A stretch of DNA of 52,391 bases from a virus. Its lineage: Duplodnaviria; Caudoviricetes. Numbering within the stretch: position 1 is the stretch's first letter; each line of letters begins with the position of its first letter. The notes beneath the pieces were generated by a model. It was not told the origin of the DNA, made no database searches, and saw nothing but the letters and a program-made list of their open reading frames with translations. The DNA lies in the IMG/VR virus record IMGVR_UViG_3300028559_000054, positions 1-52,391 of that record. The stretch is one strand, 5' to 3'. Both the position numbers and the translations under genes were made by a program. Of the stretch, positions 9,001 through 19,991 are shown in pieces.

Positions 9001-12000
9001 CAGGCACTTATATGAATTCTCAAGAATCTATTGGTATGACCAATGTAATGAAAATATTAAGTCGAAGCATGCGAACCACAGATATCCAAATGAAAGACCT
9101 AACTACATCTGCAAGTAGCTCAAGTAAAGAAATAAAAAGTATTGGAGAGCCAGCAAAAAATATGAAAAGTGCTTTAGAAGGTTTTAGAGAAAAATCTGTA
9201 TATGCTTCTTTTGCAATATCATTAATTGGAGGTTTTGCCAATCAATTAGTCGGAGATAATAAAGCTTTGTCAAATAATATAAATGAATTAAGTCAAGGCA
9301 TGGGGACAGCATTAACTGCTGTTGGATTAATTCCTGGACCAATTGGGTTAGTCGCTGGCGGCGCCGCAGCTTTATATTCTGCTACAGCATTTTTAGCTAA
9401 GACTTTTAGAGATAACGGAGAACAAATAGGTAAAAATTTAGAAAAAATTAAAGAAGAAACGGCTAAATTTGCTTCTAGTACTCAAAAATATACAGACACA
9501 TTACAAAAATTAAACGAAGCATATTCTGATCCAAAATCTTCACTGGATACAATAGTTAAATTAAACAAAGAACTATATTCTTCAGCAAAAGATTTGCCAA
9601 ATGAATATAGAGCATATTTATTATCAATTACTGATGGTAAAAAATTACAAGAAGAAATAAATAGAATCCAAGCAGAAAAAAATAAAAAAGAAAGAGTCAC
9701 AGATTTTGCAAATAAAGCAAATGAATTACTTGGGGCTGGAACATTTGGGTATGGTGATATCTTTAAATCTGGAGGATTTAGCCCGGGGACAGCAGCTAAA
9801 GAATTTTTAAATTCATTAGAAGATGCAGATAAAGCTATTGAAAAAATAAATGTATCTTTATTAGATGTAAAGAAGCCAGAATTAATATCTTACTTAAAAG
9901 ATTTGGGCCTTAAAAATGAAGATTTGATGTCGATCTATAACAGAATGGGAGACCAAAATGTAAGTAAATTTGTCACAGCTTTATTCTTATCCGCGAACGA
10001 AGCCAAGAATACAGCTAAACAAATAGAAGCAATCTCTCCAGTTAGAGATGCGGAAATGAAAAAAATATTAGAAACAGAAAAAGCTGCATCTAGAGCAAGG
10101 GTAGCTTTAGATGGTTTGAATAATAATTTAGAAAATTTAATTGATAACGCTATAAAATCTGAAACATTCAGACAAAATTTTAAAGATCAAAATTCCGCAA
10201 ATACTAGAGACACTAAATTAAATCGAGCTGACAATTTAGTAGGACTTTATGAAAATTCTGCTTCGGGAGAGTCCTTAAATCAAGTTAGATCGCAAATATC
10301 TAAATTACAAAGAAATGAAGATTTATATAAAAACGTAAGAAATATACAAGCTTCATCAAAACAATCAATGTTTGAAGATGTAAGATCTTTTGCTAAAGAA
10401 TTAAATCAATCAAAAGAAGGCGATAATCAAGCATTAAGTAATGAACAATTAAAAAGTTTTAATGACAGATTATTAGAAATTTCTAGACAAAACTTAACGC
10501 CTAGCGAAACTCAAGGAGCTTTATCAAAAGAAATTGGTAATTTAGGAGGATCCTCAGATAAAACTTTACAAATACAGCAAAAATTAGCAGATTCAACAAG
10601 GTCTCAAAACCAACAAATTGGTACATTATCTGAAGAAGCCAAAAAAGCTAATATCATTGCTGCGGATAATTTAAATATTCAACAAAGAATACTCCAAATT
10701 AGAAGAGATACATCAACCGCAGGTGGTATTCAAGGATTTTTAGATCAAGGATCTTTTCAAAAAAGTAAAGAGTCATTTGACCAATATTCTAATATGTATA
10801 AATCTCCAGGCAAAGTATCCAGTGGGCGAGGTGCAGCTGGATTATTATCTGAAATAGTTCAATTTGCTGGAGGAAGTGTTAACGAAAAATTATTAGGAAG
10901 TCTTGGGCCATTAAAAGAACGAGCTATAAGCGGCAGATCACAAGACATAAAAAACCAAGCTAATTATTTTGCTAGAAAAAGTCCTGGATCTGGTAAGGTT
11001 TATAGAGACATTGCATCAAGGTCAAGAGAAATTGCTACAACTCAAATAGAGTCCTTGATTAAAGACCAAAATATTGGACAAAATGTAGATGAAATCACTA
11101 CTATATTGAAAGATATACAAAAAGAGCAAGCAACATTTACAACCGATTTAAATAATACTATAAACAGCGCAATTCAATCTATTGGGGATACTCTTGCCAG
11201 TAGCATAGACTCTTTGAAATCAATCATAGAAGGCGCTAGTGCTAAAAGCATTTTAGCTCAAGAACAAGTTGATGCGCAAAAAAATAAATCACAAGCTATA
11301 ATTTCTCAAGCTGGTGCAAAAAATGGTGTTAAAACGGCCAATGAACAAATAGGATTATTAGCGCCAAAAATACAAGAAAAAATTGATCCAATGATGGATT
11401 TTAAAAACAAAGGAATATTTGAAAGTCCAAGAGCTTTTGAACAACGCCGCGCAGGTTTACAAGACATATTAAAATCAATATCTGGCTCAAAACCAGTTTC
11501 TAATGAAAGTCTAAAAAGAGCAAATATTCAAGGCTCAGACCCAGTAAAACAATTAATAGATCAATATAATGAACAAGTTACGACCTTAGAAGTTTCTAAA
11601 TCAGCTATTGAGAACGCAACAAGTTCAATAAAAATTTTTGAATCTCAACTTCAATCTTTAAATGGGAAAATAACAGAAGTAAATAAAAATTTAGATAACA
11701 AAGCAAATACCAATGGATATAAACCTTTGCCTGCTAATGTCGCTGCTGCTCAAGCTAAACTTTTTAATAGTACTCCAGAGAAAATAGAGGCTGAAAGAAA
11801 AAGATATTACACACCTGCAATTGACCAAACCATGCAGCAAGACCCAGCTCAAAGACAAAAACTTTTAGAGTATTGGAAGAATTATAATCCACAAAATAAA
11901 AACAATAGTCTGAATAAGGTCGATGTTGGAGGAAAAGTGCAAATAGAAAAACCAGAAACACCTTTGGATCTAACAGTCAACGGCTCAATTTCTATAAATG

Positions 12001-12185
12001 AACCAACTTTTACAGTTAAAATAGATCCTAATTCAGATTTAAGTTCTGCAGTCACTCCAGTTATAGAACAATGGCTATCTCAAACTCAAGGCACATTAAA
12101 TGAAAAATTTAATAATGATATTAGAAAATTACAAGAAGATATTACTTCATTAGGAGGACAAAGAAAAGCTCCTGCTTTATTTTAA
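6069..12185 (+). CDS. tail tape measure protein
   Basis: 2038 aa; N-terminal TP901-type core (AEFSRQG, GNSFKTIFTRL), Ala/Ser/Lys-rich helical composition, hydrophobic segments, position after the tube gene. Confidence 0.93.
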   Translation: MAQGGDNIIIDVLGNTKPLEKDIARVANQALTLNTKGFSQPLGKITGQLGEFEKSLAASNARVIAFGASAGAIFAVQKAFSETIKSVIQVEKALTDINVILNVSEKSLSQFGSKLFDIAKNTGLSFSEVAKSAAEFSRQGLSLEDTLKRTSDALILTRLSGLDTVSSVEALTAAINSFSSSALNSTEIVNKLAAVDASFAVSSADLAESIKRVGSSASDVGVSFDQLIALVTSAQQVTSRGGSVIGNSFKTIFTRLQRPSTLDALEQIGVATKDQEGNILPLIQILNQLAKQYDTLGSVQKAQIAETVGGVFQINILKATLGDLSKEYSIYSRALGISGGATDEANRRNEALNQTLSATLNKTLVNLQSTSTEIGNLAFAPALEKALGGLNAILENFGTKDSENIGAKIGQGLSTGLGNFLSGPGLLLGAASLIKIFERLTVFTADAFKQITGLNTQSVEQKTLQTQILNLIGSNPQIIEQINKGNLNTTSLHQQILSLIEQETIAMQKQLAVASSLSQTLMASGVRVPATGPMKGAAVKTKAFGFIPNLSNNQEVMGAILGGYDPGDVRKKSIPDYGTVTYNSAEKIKKFPGMKQPAIMPPASSSAGEMYKRNFEAAHGFNPYANSGFVPNFKSKVEQQYGFRNLLKDDYIQLAGAEAKIAKLERNKSLQNDRTIVEQRGEVFIKKDKKNIITSQLRTTERDAAEKRGKKEGGMTRSKSVLVYPDLEGGKGFQGGGRAKDGTFYKFPIFPFPGGNEQIPDLLYDNVSTSLVGVAKDYISGITSRPNLVKSDLFESYVRSNLSRSAVEASTGQVFESAIKASINRVNTSEIDNMDLDGPEIKAIASRFKGAKGLSSFQDGDFKNSLSKGNLDSFADKLLYKDNKRKTSKFNGFIPNFSPVSKALKTENKMGGKGVLDFEPGLGLYVRDQKTQPNFNAVKKDHPEGIASAVSNSFALQKGASALGFVPNFSSNPFSATTGTYMNSQESIGMTNVMKILSRSMRTTDIQMKDLTTSASSSSKEIKSIGEPAKNMKSALEGFREKSVYASFAISLIGGFANQLVGDNKALSNNINELSQGMGTALTAVGLIPGPIGLVAGGAAALYSATAFLAKTFRDNGEQIGKNLEKIKEETAKFASSTQKYTDTLQKLNEAYSDPKSSLDTIVKLNKELYSSAKDLPNEYRAYLLSITDGKKLQEEINRIQAEKNKKERVTDFANKANELLGAGTFGYGDIFKSGGFSPGTAAKEFLNSLEDADKAIEKINVSLLDVKKPELISYLKDLGLKNEDLMSIYNRMGDQNVSKFVTALFLSANEAKNTAKQIEAISPVRDAEMKKILETEKAASRARVALDGLNNNLENLIDNAIKSETFRQNFKDQNSANTRDTKLNRADNLVGLYENSASGESLNQVRSQISKLQRNEDLYKNVRNIQASSKQSMFEDVRSFAKELNQSKEGDNQALSNEQLKSFNDRLLEISRQNLTPSETQGALSKEIGNLGGSSDKTLQIQQKLADSTRSQNQQIGTLSEEAKKANIIAADNLNIQQRILQIRRDTSTAGGIQGFLDQGSFQKSKESFDQYSNMYKSPGKVSSGRGAAGLLSEIVQFAGGSVNEKLLGSLGPLKERAISGRSQDIKNQANYFARKSPGSGKVYRDIASRSREIATTQIESLIKDQNIGQNVDEITTILKDIQKEQATFTTDLNNTINSAIQSIGDTLASSIDSLKSIIEGASAKSILAQEQVDAQKNKSQAIISQAGAKNGVKTANEQIGLLAPKIQEKIDPMMDFKNKGIFESPRAFEQRRAGLQDILKSISGSKPVSNESLKRANIQGSDPVKQLIDQYNEQVTTLEVSKSAIENATSSIKIFESQLQSLNGKITEVNKNLDNKANTNGYKPLPANVAAAQAKLFNSTPEKIEAERKRYYTPAIDQTMQQDPAQRQKLLEYWKNYNPQNKNNSLNKVDVGGKVQIEKPETPLDLTVNGSISINEPTFTVKIDPNSDLSSAVTPVIEQWLSQTQGTLNEKFNNDIRKLQEDITSLGGQRKAPALF

Positions 12186-12196
12186 AGAAATAATTT

Positions 12197-13834
12197 ATGG
12201 CTTATACATTTTCAGACGCGACTCTATTAACTTATGAGATGGCCAATAATTTTTTAGGAGAGGGATTATTTTCTTTAAATAGTAAAAAAAATATATCTAT
12301 TCGTGGCATCTTAGACAATAGATACAGTAATTTAGACTCAGATGGGATAAAAGAATCTATTGATAAGATAAAAACTATAACTGATAGTACGTTCGGAGTC
12401 TATGATGATATTGTTGTAAATGGAATTAATTTAGGAAAAGGTAATATAATAAATGTATCTTTTCCAAAAAATAACCCAATTAGAATAGGCGAATACGTTT
12501 ATACGATAGAAGTAACGAATAATTCAGATTTCTCTAATTCTCCAACAGGCTCTATTTATGGAAATTATATAACTGGCGTAACGGGCGTTATTTCTAATTT
12601 TGATGAAAACTTTAGATTTCAATATGAAAATGATGGTAGATACAATTATAGCCATGAAGTAAATTTAAGATTTTTTGATGATAATTCAGATGTAATTACA
12701 AAGTCTAAAAGTTTAGCAGAGAATCTTTTTAATGATAACATTTCTATTGGATTAATAGGTCCTTATTCTGGGATTTATAAAGATTTAAGAAATAAGAATA
12801 ACTATTTTAGAGAAACCTACAACCTAATAGATAAATCTTGTTCTTTTTCTAAAAATATTACAATAGACACAAAAAATAATAATAACTATACAAATCAAGT
12901 TTCACATAATATAACATTTGATACAAATGGAAAAATTACAGTAAAAGAAGATGGGTTGATAACTGCTTTAGATAATACTTTGAATTTCACTGCAGAAAAT
13001 TATTTCAATGATGCTGTATCTAATTCATATAATAGGTGCCAAAATTTATTAAATACCTATAGCCAAAAATATAGTTTAGGTACATCAGATAATTTATATG
13101 CAAAACCATTTGATTTAGGCAAAACTATTAATATTTTCGATAACTCTTTGAGCTACAATATATCTTACGTAAACGATATGGCTTTTGAAGGCAATTTAAT
13201 AAATCAATATAGCATAAATATTTCTCAAGATAACCGTGGTTTTCAAACCTATACGGAGAATGGTGAAATTACAAAAGCTGGTCAACTTGGTACGATATCA
13301 AATTTAAGTGATATTAAGACCAAATATCAAGAAGCCCAAAGCAGAGCATCTTCAGCTTATCCGACTTTTAAATATACTAATAACTCATTAAGTTTTGATT
13401 TAGTTAATAACTATTATGATAATGTTTTTAATTATTCTTTAGAAAAAACAAACGATAATTCAATTTTAGAAAACGACCCATATTATAAAAGCTTAGAAGT
13501 AAAAATAGAAGATCAATTGCCTTTTGATACAACGAAAGAATATATTATCCCAAATAAAATTCCAAAAAATATCTTATTTTTATATGGAAATAACGTAGAA
13601 ATTGGTGAGAGAAATATCACAATAAATGGGGTATTAAATAGACCAAATTCTAATATATGGAATTCTCCAGCATCTTTTCCAGTTGAAAATTTAAAAAGTT
13701 TAGCAATTGAAAGAGGCTTAAATTCAGTAAGCACAGAGTCTTTTATAGATAATATAAATTATAATTATGGTTCTGATTATAATTTTACATTTAATGTTGG
13801 TATTAAATATTTAAAAGCGAGTGGGAGTGCCTAA
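12197..13834 (+). CDS. tail tip/distal tail-like protein
   Basis: 545 aa beta-rich ORF directly after the TMP. Confidence 0.5.
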   Translation: MAYTFSDATLLTYEMANNFLGEGLFSLNSKKNISIRGILDNRYSNLDSDGIKESIDKIKTITDSTFGVYDDIVVNGINLGKGNIINVSFPKNNPIRIGEYVYTIEVTNNSDFSNSPTGSIYGNYITGVTGVISNFDENFRFQYENDGRYNYSHEVNLRFFDDNSDVITKSKSLAENLFNDNISIGLIGPYSGIYKDLRNKNNYFRETYNLIDKSCSFSKNITIDTKNNNNYTNQVSHNITFDTNGKITVKEDGLITALDNTLNFTAENYFNDAVSNSYNRCQNLLNTYSQKYSLGTSDNLYAKPFDLGKTINIFDNSLSYNISYVNDMAFEGNLINQYSINISQDNRGFQTYTENGEITKAGQLGTISNLSDIKTKYQEAQSRASSAYPTFKYTNNSLSFDLVNNYYDNVFNYSLEKTNDNSILENDPYYKSLEVKIEDQLPFDTTKEYIIPNKIPKNILFLYGNNVEIGERNITINGVLNRPNSNIWNSPASFPVENLKSLAIERGLNSVSTESFIDNINYNYGSDYNFTFNVGIKYLKASGSA

Positions 13835-15894
13835 TGAATATCATAAGATATAATAATCAAAATATTCCGTACCCAACTCCATTTGTTACATTAAATCAAG
13901 GAAATACATCTTTCAATAGGAATTGGGGAAAAGATACAACTATAAATCTAGAAGGTAAATTAACTGGAGATTATGAAAATATAAGAAAATCTCAAAGCGG
14001 ATTGTTGGATATATTTAATCAAAATTTTGGCAATTTTGAAATATATGAAGCAACAGGTAGTACTGGATTTAGTTTTGATTTCACATCTGTTCGCACATTC
14101 TCAACAACGGGATATTATAGTGGTCTAAGTGGAGTATATATGCCTAAAAATTCTAATTTAATACTTCGAATAGATGGAAACTATGCAGGATTTCCAATGC
14201 TTTGGCAAAGATCTAAAGATAAAATAAATTGGACAAATTTTACTTTATATAAAACTAATTATTATTCAGGTTTTGCTATTCCTTATATTCCTTTTGATTC
14301 AATTCGCTTATATCCTCAATCTTCTCCATATATAAATTATCCAGTAAATAGCTTGACATACCATACCGAGTTGGGAGACCAAAATAATCCAAATATAAAT
14401 CGTCGAGGAATTTATACTGGAAATATTGATGACAATAATTACATTAGATTAATGATAACTGGACCAGGTGGAGCAGATGCAACTCAGCCACGAGCTAATT
14501 TAATTGCAAGTGGCTTTGATGCAGAAAAAATTTATGAAAAAAGTGGAATTATAATTAAATCTATAAATTTTAATGAATCTCCATACTTTGGAGTATTAGA
14601 TTATAATATTGAATTAAATTCATTAGAGTTTAGTGGTAATGTCACAGATCCTAAAAATGAATTTTCTTTTACTGAAAATAAAGATAAAAGCGTAACATTA
14701 AATCACTCTATTTCAGCAAGGGGATTGAACACAAATACAAATTCTTATAAATCAAACGCTTTACAAAACGCTATAGATTTCGTTAAAACTTATACAGGTT
14801 TAAATAATATACCCACGCTTAAATTTATTTCTGGAGTAAATTCAAGAAATTTTTATTTACAAAATTTTTCTGAATCTATTGATCGTTTAAATGGAACATA
14901 TTCTATTGAAGAAGAATACCAAGCTTCTCTTTTAAATACAGGGCTATCTGGTAATTTAAGTTATACAATTAATATCGATTCTGGCGTAAGTTCAAATTTT
15001 TTACAGATAAATATAAGAGGAGGTTATAAAGGTGCTCATAATGGAGACATCAATCAACTTAGAAATTCTTTAAATATTACAAGTTTAATAACTGGTAGTT
15101 ATAGCGGTTATTTTAACCCTACCCCTTTGCAATATAACATATCTGAAAATACTGGAGAAAATTCAATAAGCTTCGATTATTCTTTTGATAATATTGATTT
15201 ACCAAATCCATATTTTAAATATTCTACTTCTGTTTCAAGAAATGCTCTAGAGCAGGTTTGTAATGTCCAAGTCCAAGGCGAAATGATCGCCAGAGGGAAT
15301 CTCAAATATAGATCTTCATTAATAAATTCTAATATATCTAATTTAACTAATTCATTCTTATCTATAGCCACTGGCGCTTTGAGTGGGTTTAAAGATCTTA
15401 ATAATTTGACTATAAATAGTCCTTTAAGATTCAAAAATATGACTATAAATAAGAATATAAATGAAGGTAAACTAACTGCTACTGCAGATTATGATGATAA
15501 ATACATGCCAGCTGGATATTTTCTTGATAGCGCATATTCTGTGTCTATTGAAGCTCCTTATTGGTATATGAACAATGTTCCTACCTGTAATGTATATGGC
15601 CGTCATATAATTAATGATTTTGATATTACAACTTTACCCAAATTAAATATGAATGTTAATGCAAAAATGAATATAGACTCTGCGGTTAGCGAAACAACTG
15701 CAAAGATTGATATTAAAAATATAACTAAAAATATTATACCCACGGTTTATGATTTCAATGTAAAATTGAAAGAAAATGAAAATGTAACAAAAAAATATTA
15801 TAATCTAAATAGCGTTTCCGAGATATCATACAACTTGAACAAAGTAGCTACAAAGAATGAAAATGGCTTATTGCCAAAATTTAATTCCCTATAA
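13834..15894 (+). CDS. tail tip protein, probable paralog of the preceding gene
   Basis: 686 aa, beta-rich, motif order shared with 12197-13834. Confidence 0.5.
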   Translation: MNIIRYNNQNIPYPTPFVTLNQGNTSFNRNWGKDTTINLEGKLTGDYENIRKSQSGLLDIFNQNFGNFEIYEATGSTGFSFDFTSVRTFSTTGYYSGLSGVYMPKNSNLILRIDGNYAGFPMLWQRSKDKINWTNFTLYKTNYYSGFAIPYIPFDSIRLYPQSSPYINYPVNSLTYHTELGDQNNPNINRRGIYTGNIDDNNYIRLMITGPGGADATQPRANLIASGFDAEKIYEKSGIIIKSINFNESPYFGVLDYNIELNSLEFSGNVTDPKNEFSFTENKDKSVTLNHSISARGLNTNTNSYKSNALQNAIDFVKTYTGLNNIPTLKFISGVNSRNFYLQNFSESIDRLNGTYSIEEEYQASLLNTGLSGNLSYTINIDSGVSSNFLQINIRGGYKGAHNGDINQLRNSLNITSLITGSYSGYFNPTPLQYNISENTGENSISFDYSFDNIDLPNPYFKYSTSVSRNALEQVCNVQVQGEMIARGNLKYRSSLINSNISNLTNSFLSIATGALSGFKDLNNLTINSPLRFKNMTINKNINEGKLTATADYDDKYMPAGYFLDSAYSVSIEAPYWYMNNVPTCNVYGRHIINDFDITTLPKLNMNVNAKMNIDSAVSETTAKIDIKNITKNIIPTVYDFNVKLKENENVTKKYYNLNSVSEISYNLNKVATKNENGLLPKFNSL

Positions 15895-15896
15895 TT

Positions 15897-17705
15897 ATGA
15901 AAAAAGATTTTATTTTTAATTATTTAGCTGAAAGTTATAAGGATACTGGTATATTAAGTATATATTATGATTTTAGTGGTGCTTCTGGGTTATTTGTTCC
16001 AAATAATTTATATCCAATCAATACCCAGTTTGGTAAGATTAATTCTAATTATTTTATCAACAGTGAAAATTCTCCAGGAGTATTTATTTCTTGCTACAAC
16101 CAGCAGTCTTATACTGGCTCTGGTATATTTCAAGGCCAAAATAATTTAAAAGTATTAAATAATTTAAGTGGAAGCAACATGACTTTATTTTATAATTTTG
16201 GAAATATATCTTGCGACAAAAATTTTACTATAAGTTCTCAACAGTACCAAATTCCAACTGGTTATACTCAAGTTTTAAGTTATTTAGAGTCAAAACCAAA
16301 TTCTTCTAATCCATTTGAAATAACTCTTGGTTTAAATGATTTAAATAAATTAATTTTAGAGTTTTCTGGTGGAAAAGAATCTTATAGATCTATTAATTTT
16401 GTTGAGCTTGGTTTTCAAAATATAGTTTCTATGAGATTAAATGATAATTATATTGAATATACGTACTTTGATGTGATAGAAGACGAAATAAATAACAAAT
16501 CAATTTCATTTACGGGTGATTATTTTAAACAAGAAAAAAATATTTATATTGGTAATTTGCCTACAGAAAAATATAAAAATGGTTATACTGGGTATTTTGG
16601 CCTTGTAGATGGGTTTACTGCTTATAATCAATATATTGATGAATCTTCATGTTCTGAATTAGCTAGATTATTTTTAAAAACTGGTGATCAATTTCAACAA
16701 ATAAATCTGACTGGAATAACATACAATATAATTCAAAGTGGATTTCTAAATCCTACTGGTGTTTTAGGTACTGGAATTACTGGTTATCAATTAATTCCGT
16801 CCAATGAAATTATAAATGCCGCTTGTGGTGATAATTGTATTGTTTACTTAAGATCTGGTATTACTGGAATAATTACTGGAGAAAAGATTGAATATAAAAT
16901 CATAAGCCAACAGCAGCAATCTAATAATCAAAGTACGATTAAATATAACCTTTATGATCAAGAATATGCTGGTAGATTTACAAAAAATAATATTGTATTT
17001 AATACAAAATTAGATTCTGATGACATTTTTGAAATTCAATTATATAAAGATGTAGATACAAAAATTGAAACTCCAAATTATGCAAATGCTTCAAATATTT
17101 ATATTACAAATGATATGCTCGCAGATAGAAATTTATTAATATTTTTTAATGGTCAAAATATAAACTCTGGACATTATGAATTGCTTAATAACAATACTAA
17201 TTTTCGTATATACCAATCTAGTGATAATATCAATGATGTAGTTTTATATACTATCTCAAATTTTTCTGAGATTGATACTTTTATATTTAATAATACTGGT
17301 GAGAATCCAAATTCCAATTCCCTCAAGTACGTTGGTAAATTAAATAACAATTTATATGATGTATTTTTAAATGGTCAAAAATTGATAAGTGGGCTTAATT
17401 ATACTGTATCTGGACTAAATTCAAATACTGGGTTATATTTAAGAGAGAATTTACCTTCTGGAGAAGTATATGCTATAAAAGATAATTTCTTTTATAAAGC
17501 TACTGGAAATAATTTAAAATATTATTCACCATATGGAATAAACTATAATAATGAAAGAATATGGGTTAATGGGCTTTATCAAAATAAAAATGAAAATTAT
17601 CTATTGACTTCATGCTTTAATAAGTCGCTTTTAACTAATGAAGAGCTAAAAACTAAGAATAATTCGATATTCTCAGGAGATAATTATCGGTTTAATTTAG
17701 TGTAA
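15897..17705 (+). CDS. tail/baseplate structural protein
   Basis: 602 aa; LamG-like segment (IYIG...GYFGLVDGFTAYN) and repeated [FW][FLV]NG motifs common in virion proteins. Confidence 0.5.
   Translation: MKKDFIFNYLAESYKDTGILSIYYDFSGASGLFVPNNLYPINTQFGKINSNYFINSENSPGVFISCYNQQSYTGSGIFQGQNNLKVLNNLSGSNMTLFYNFGNISCDKNFTISSQQYQIPTGYTQVLSYLESKPNSSNPFEITLGLNDLNKLILEFSGGKESYRSINFVELGFQNIVSMRLNDNYIEYTYFDVIEDEINNKSISFTGDYFKQEKNIYIGNLPTEKYKNGYTGYFGLVDGFTAYNQYIDESSCSELARLFLKTGDQFQQINLTGITYNIIQSGFLNPTGVLGTGITGYQLIPSNEIINAACGDNCIVYLRSGITGIITGEKIEYKIISQQQQSNNQSTIKYNLYDQEYAGRFTKNNIVFNTKLDSDDIFEIQLYKDVDTKIETPNYANASNIYITNDMLADRNLLIFFNGQNINSGHYELLNNNTNFRIYQSSDNINDVVLYTISNFSEIDTFIFNNTGENPNSNSLKYVGKLNNNLYDVFLNGQKLISGLNYTVSGLNSNTGLYLRENLPSGEVYAIKDNFFYKATGNNLKYYSPYGINYNNERIWVNGLYQNKNENYLLTSCFNKSLLTNEELKTKNNSIFSGDNYRFNLV
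17700..17705 (+). promoter_or_regulatory. GTGTAA putative late-promoter motif
   Basis: formed by the last codons (GTG TAA) of the upstream gene, 20 nt before ATG 17726. Confidence 0.45.
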
Positions 17706-17725
17706 ATATACTCAAGGAATAAGGT

Positions 17726-19990
17726 ATGCCCGTTAAATCTATTAATAAGATTAAAATTGGAAATTATCCGCAAGGTCAATTTGCTGGCGGATACATTTAT
17801 TCTTTTCAAGTGAGTCAAGGTTTTGCTGAGTCTGTTAATGAATTAAAAATAGACATTGTGTATGATAAAAATTTTCCAATTAATATGCCAGAAAAAAACT
17901 TAACTAATTCATATAGAATTGAAATTGGCAATATAATCATTCCTTACGCATATTTAATTAAATTTTCTAAAAGTATTTCTGCCACAGAAAATATTATATC
18001 ATGTACTTTTATTGATAATTCATTTATTTTAGATAGATATTACATAGGCTTAACTAATAGGCATAAAGCAGTAGCTCGTACTCCTGTAAATTTTCCTGTA
18101 AATGTTTATTGTCAAACGACTGATTTAGTTGGAAATGTTAATATAAATCCAACTCAAGGGTCAGTTAAGAGATTTGCAGCTTCTTCTCCTTTGACTGGTG
18201 GAGATGGAACAGGTGGACTAATTATTTTAGGAAAAGAAAAATTTACAGAACAAGCTTGCGATGTTCCTGATGTAGAATATTTATTTTCTGATTTATGGAC
18301 TGTACTTAATAATATAAAATTAAATGGCAAAGCGGTACTTGATTCATCATCTGATCATCCAGATTCAACAGATCCAAATACATATACTGGAACTTTAAGA
18401 GAAGTTTTATCCAGTTGGGGAAGTGATTTAGGTTTTTCTTTCTATTGGGATTTTTTACTAAATACATTAGTTGTTATTGATTTAAGATCTGCAATAGATA
18501 TCTCTCCAGTACAAAATTTTATTGAAAGTAATTTTAATTCAAGCTCAAATTTAAATATAACAAATTATTCTCAAGAAGAATCTTTAGAGGGTACTTATTT
18601 TCAAGCTGGAGTGAATTATGCTTTAAAACCTTCTAGATCAAAAGACAAGCCTATAAAAGAGTTTTTGCCAATGGATTATTCTTGTGTCACATTACAACAA
18701 GCAAATATTACAGCAAATACTATAACTTCTGTTTTAGCTAAGTACAATCGACAAGCTTGGTCATTGTATAATCTACAAGTAGGAAATTTTTCAAGAGTAG
18801 GATTTTTTAAAAAATATAATGGCATTCCATCATATTTATTAGAGACCTGTTTTAGTAATGTTAATGAATTTTTAACTAGTGAAGGTGGAAGCGCTAGTTT
18901 ATGGTTTGGTTATTATGATGAAAATATTGGAAATGCGAATGCTGATCTTGAAGCTAGAAATTGCGATGATATTGGAAGATATTATATAAATGGTACAATT
19001 TATAATTTAAAAGAGCTAACATGCAAAGACAACTATATATTTCAATATGTTACAAGTTTTGAACCTCAACCAATTTGGTCTAGACCTTTTGCTTCTGCTG
19101 GTGGTAATTACATACCTCCTTTGCCAAATAAAACTTGGTATATAGAACGTAATCCAGCTTGGAATGAGCAAGGCGAAGTGGATCTTCAAAATTTAGGACC
19201 AATTATTACTCTGATTGATGGTGATCTTGCAGACCAAGTAAGAGATACGATTATATTAAATGATCCTAATAACATAAATCCAGATAGATATAGAGGATTA
19301 ACGATGCTTTGCTGGAAGCCTTATTTAAGTGTGGGCGGTGGTTCGGCGTATAATGAAGCAGAAGAGGAATGGATTCCAGCTCAATTTAGTCAAGAAGACC
19401 AAGCATGTAAAACTCAATGTGATAGAAATTTAGTAGAAGAAGTGTGTGCTAAAGTAAATGGGGGACGGACTTTAAATACTCCAGCACATGGATTAGTTTC
19501 AAAACTTGCAGGTATTGTTACTATGACAAATTTAATAAATCGCACATCAAAAACTGTTAATTTACCGTCTCAACAACCATATATGGGATATCTAATTAAT
19601 GAAGGAAGTTTCCAATGGGTAGAAGAAGGCTCTGTATCGGTCGAGGGTGGCGCTCCTCCTCCTAATAATGTAATGTCTTACAATGTTGCAGCAAACGACG
19701 TAACAGAACCAATACCTTCTGCTGGACAAGTTGTAGCTAAAAATCCAGATCCAGCTTTAACTGTCTCTCAAACTAATGAGAAAAAACAAATATCTCTAAA
19801 AGTTATTGGAGCAGAATATGGTGAATTAGGGAATTTCTTAAGTCCAGATTATGGATTAACAAATTTTAATATTTATATCAATGATAATGGTATATTTACA
19901 GATTTAACTTTTGAAAATCGACCAGATCGGCCCAAAGGTAATGGAACAATGCGTACAGTAGGTCCACATAAAATGAAATTTACATACTAA
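17726..19990 (+). CDS. putative baseplate hub/tail tip protein
   Basis: 754 aa; YTGTLREVLSSWGSDLGFSFYWD resembles hub (Tal/gp27-like) proteins. Confidence 0.5.
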   Translation: MPVKSINKIKIGNYPQGQFAGGYIYSFQVSQGFAESVNELKIDIVYDKNFPINMPEKNLTNSYRIEIGNIIIPYAYLIKFSKSISATENIISCTFIDNSFILDRYYIGLTNRHKAVARTPVNFPVNVYCQTTDLVGNVNINPTQGSVKRFAASSPLTGGDGTGGLIILGKEKFTEQACDVPDVEYLFSDLWTVLNNIKLNGKAVLDSSSDHPDSTDPNTYTGTLREVLSSWGSDLGFSFYWDFLLNTLVVIDLRSAIDISPVQNFIESNFNSSSNLNITNYSQEESLEGTYFQAGVNYALKPSRSKDKPIKEFLPMDYSCVTLQQANITANTITSVLAKYNRQAWSLYNLQVGNFSRVGFFKKYNGIPSYLLETCFSNVNEFLTSEGGSASLWFGYYDENIGNANADLEARNCDDIGRYYINGTIYNLKELTCKDNYIFQYVTSFEPQPIWSRPFASAGGNYIPPLPNKTWYIERNPAWNEQGEVDLQNLGPIITLIDGDLADQVRDTIILNDPNNINPDRYRGLTMLCWKPYLSVGGGSAYNEAEEEWIPAQFSQEDQACKTQCDRNLVEEVCAKVNGGRTLNTPAHGLVSKLAGIVTMTNLINRTSKTVNLPSQQPYMGYLINEGSFQWVEEGSVSVEGGAPPPNNVMSYNVAANDVTEPIPSAGQVVAKNPDPALTVSQTNEKKQISLKVIGAEYGELGNFLSPDYGLTNFNIYINDNGIFTDLTFENRPDRPKGNGTMRTVGPHKMKFTY

Positions 19991-19991
19991 A

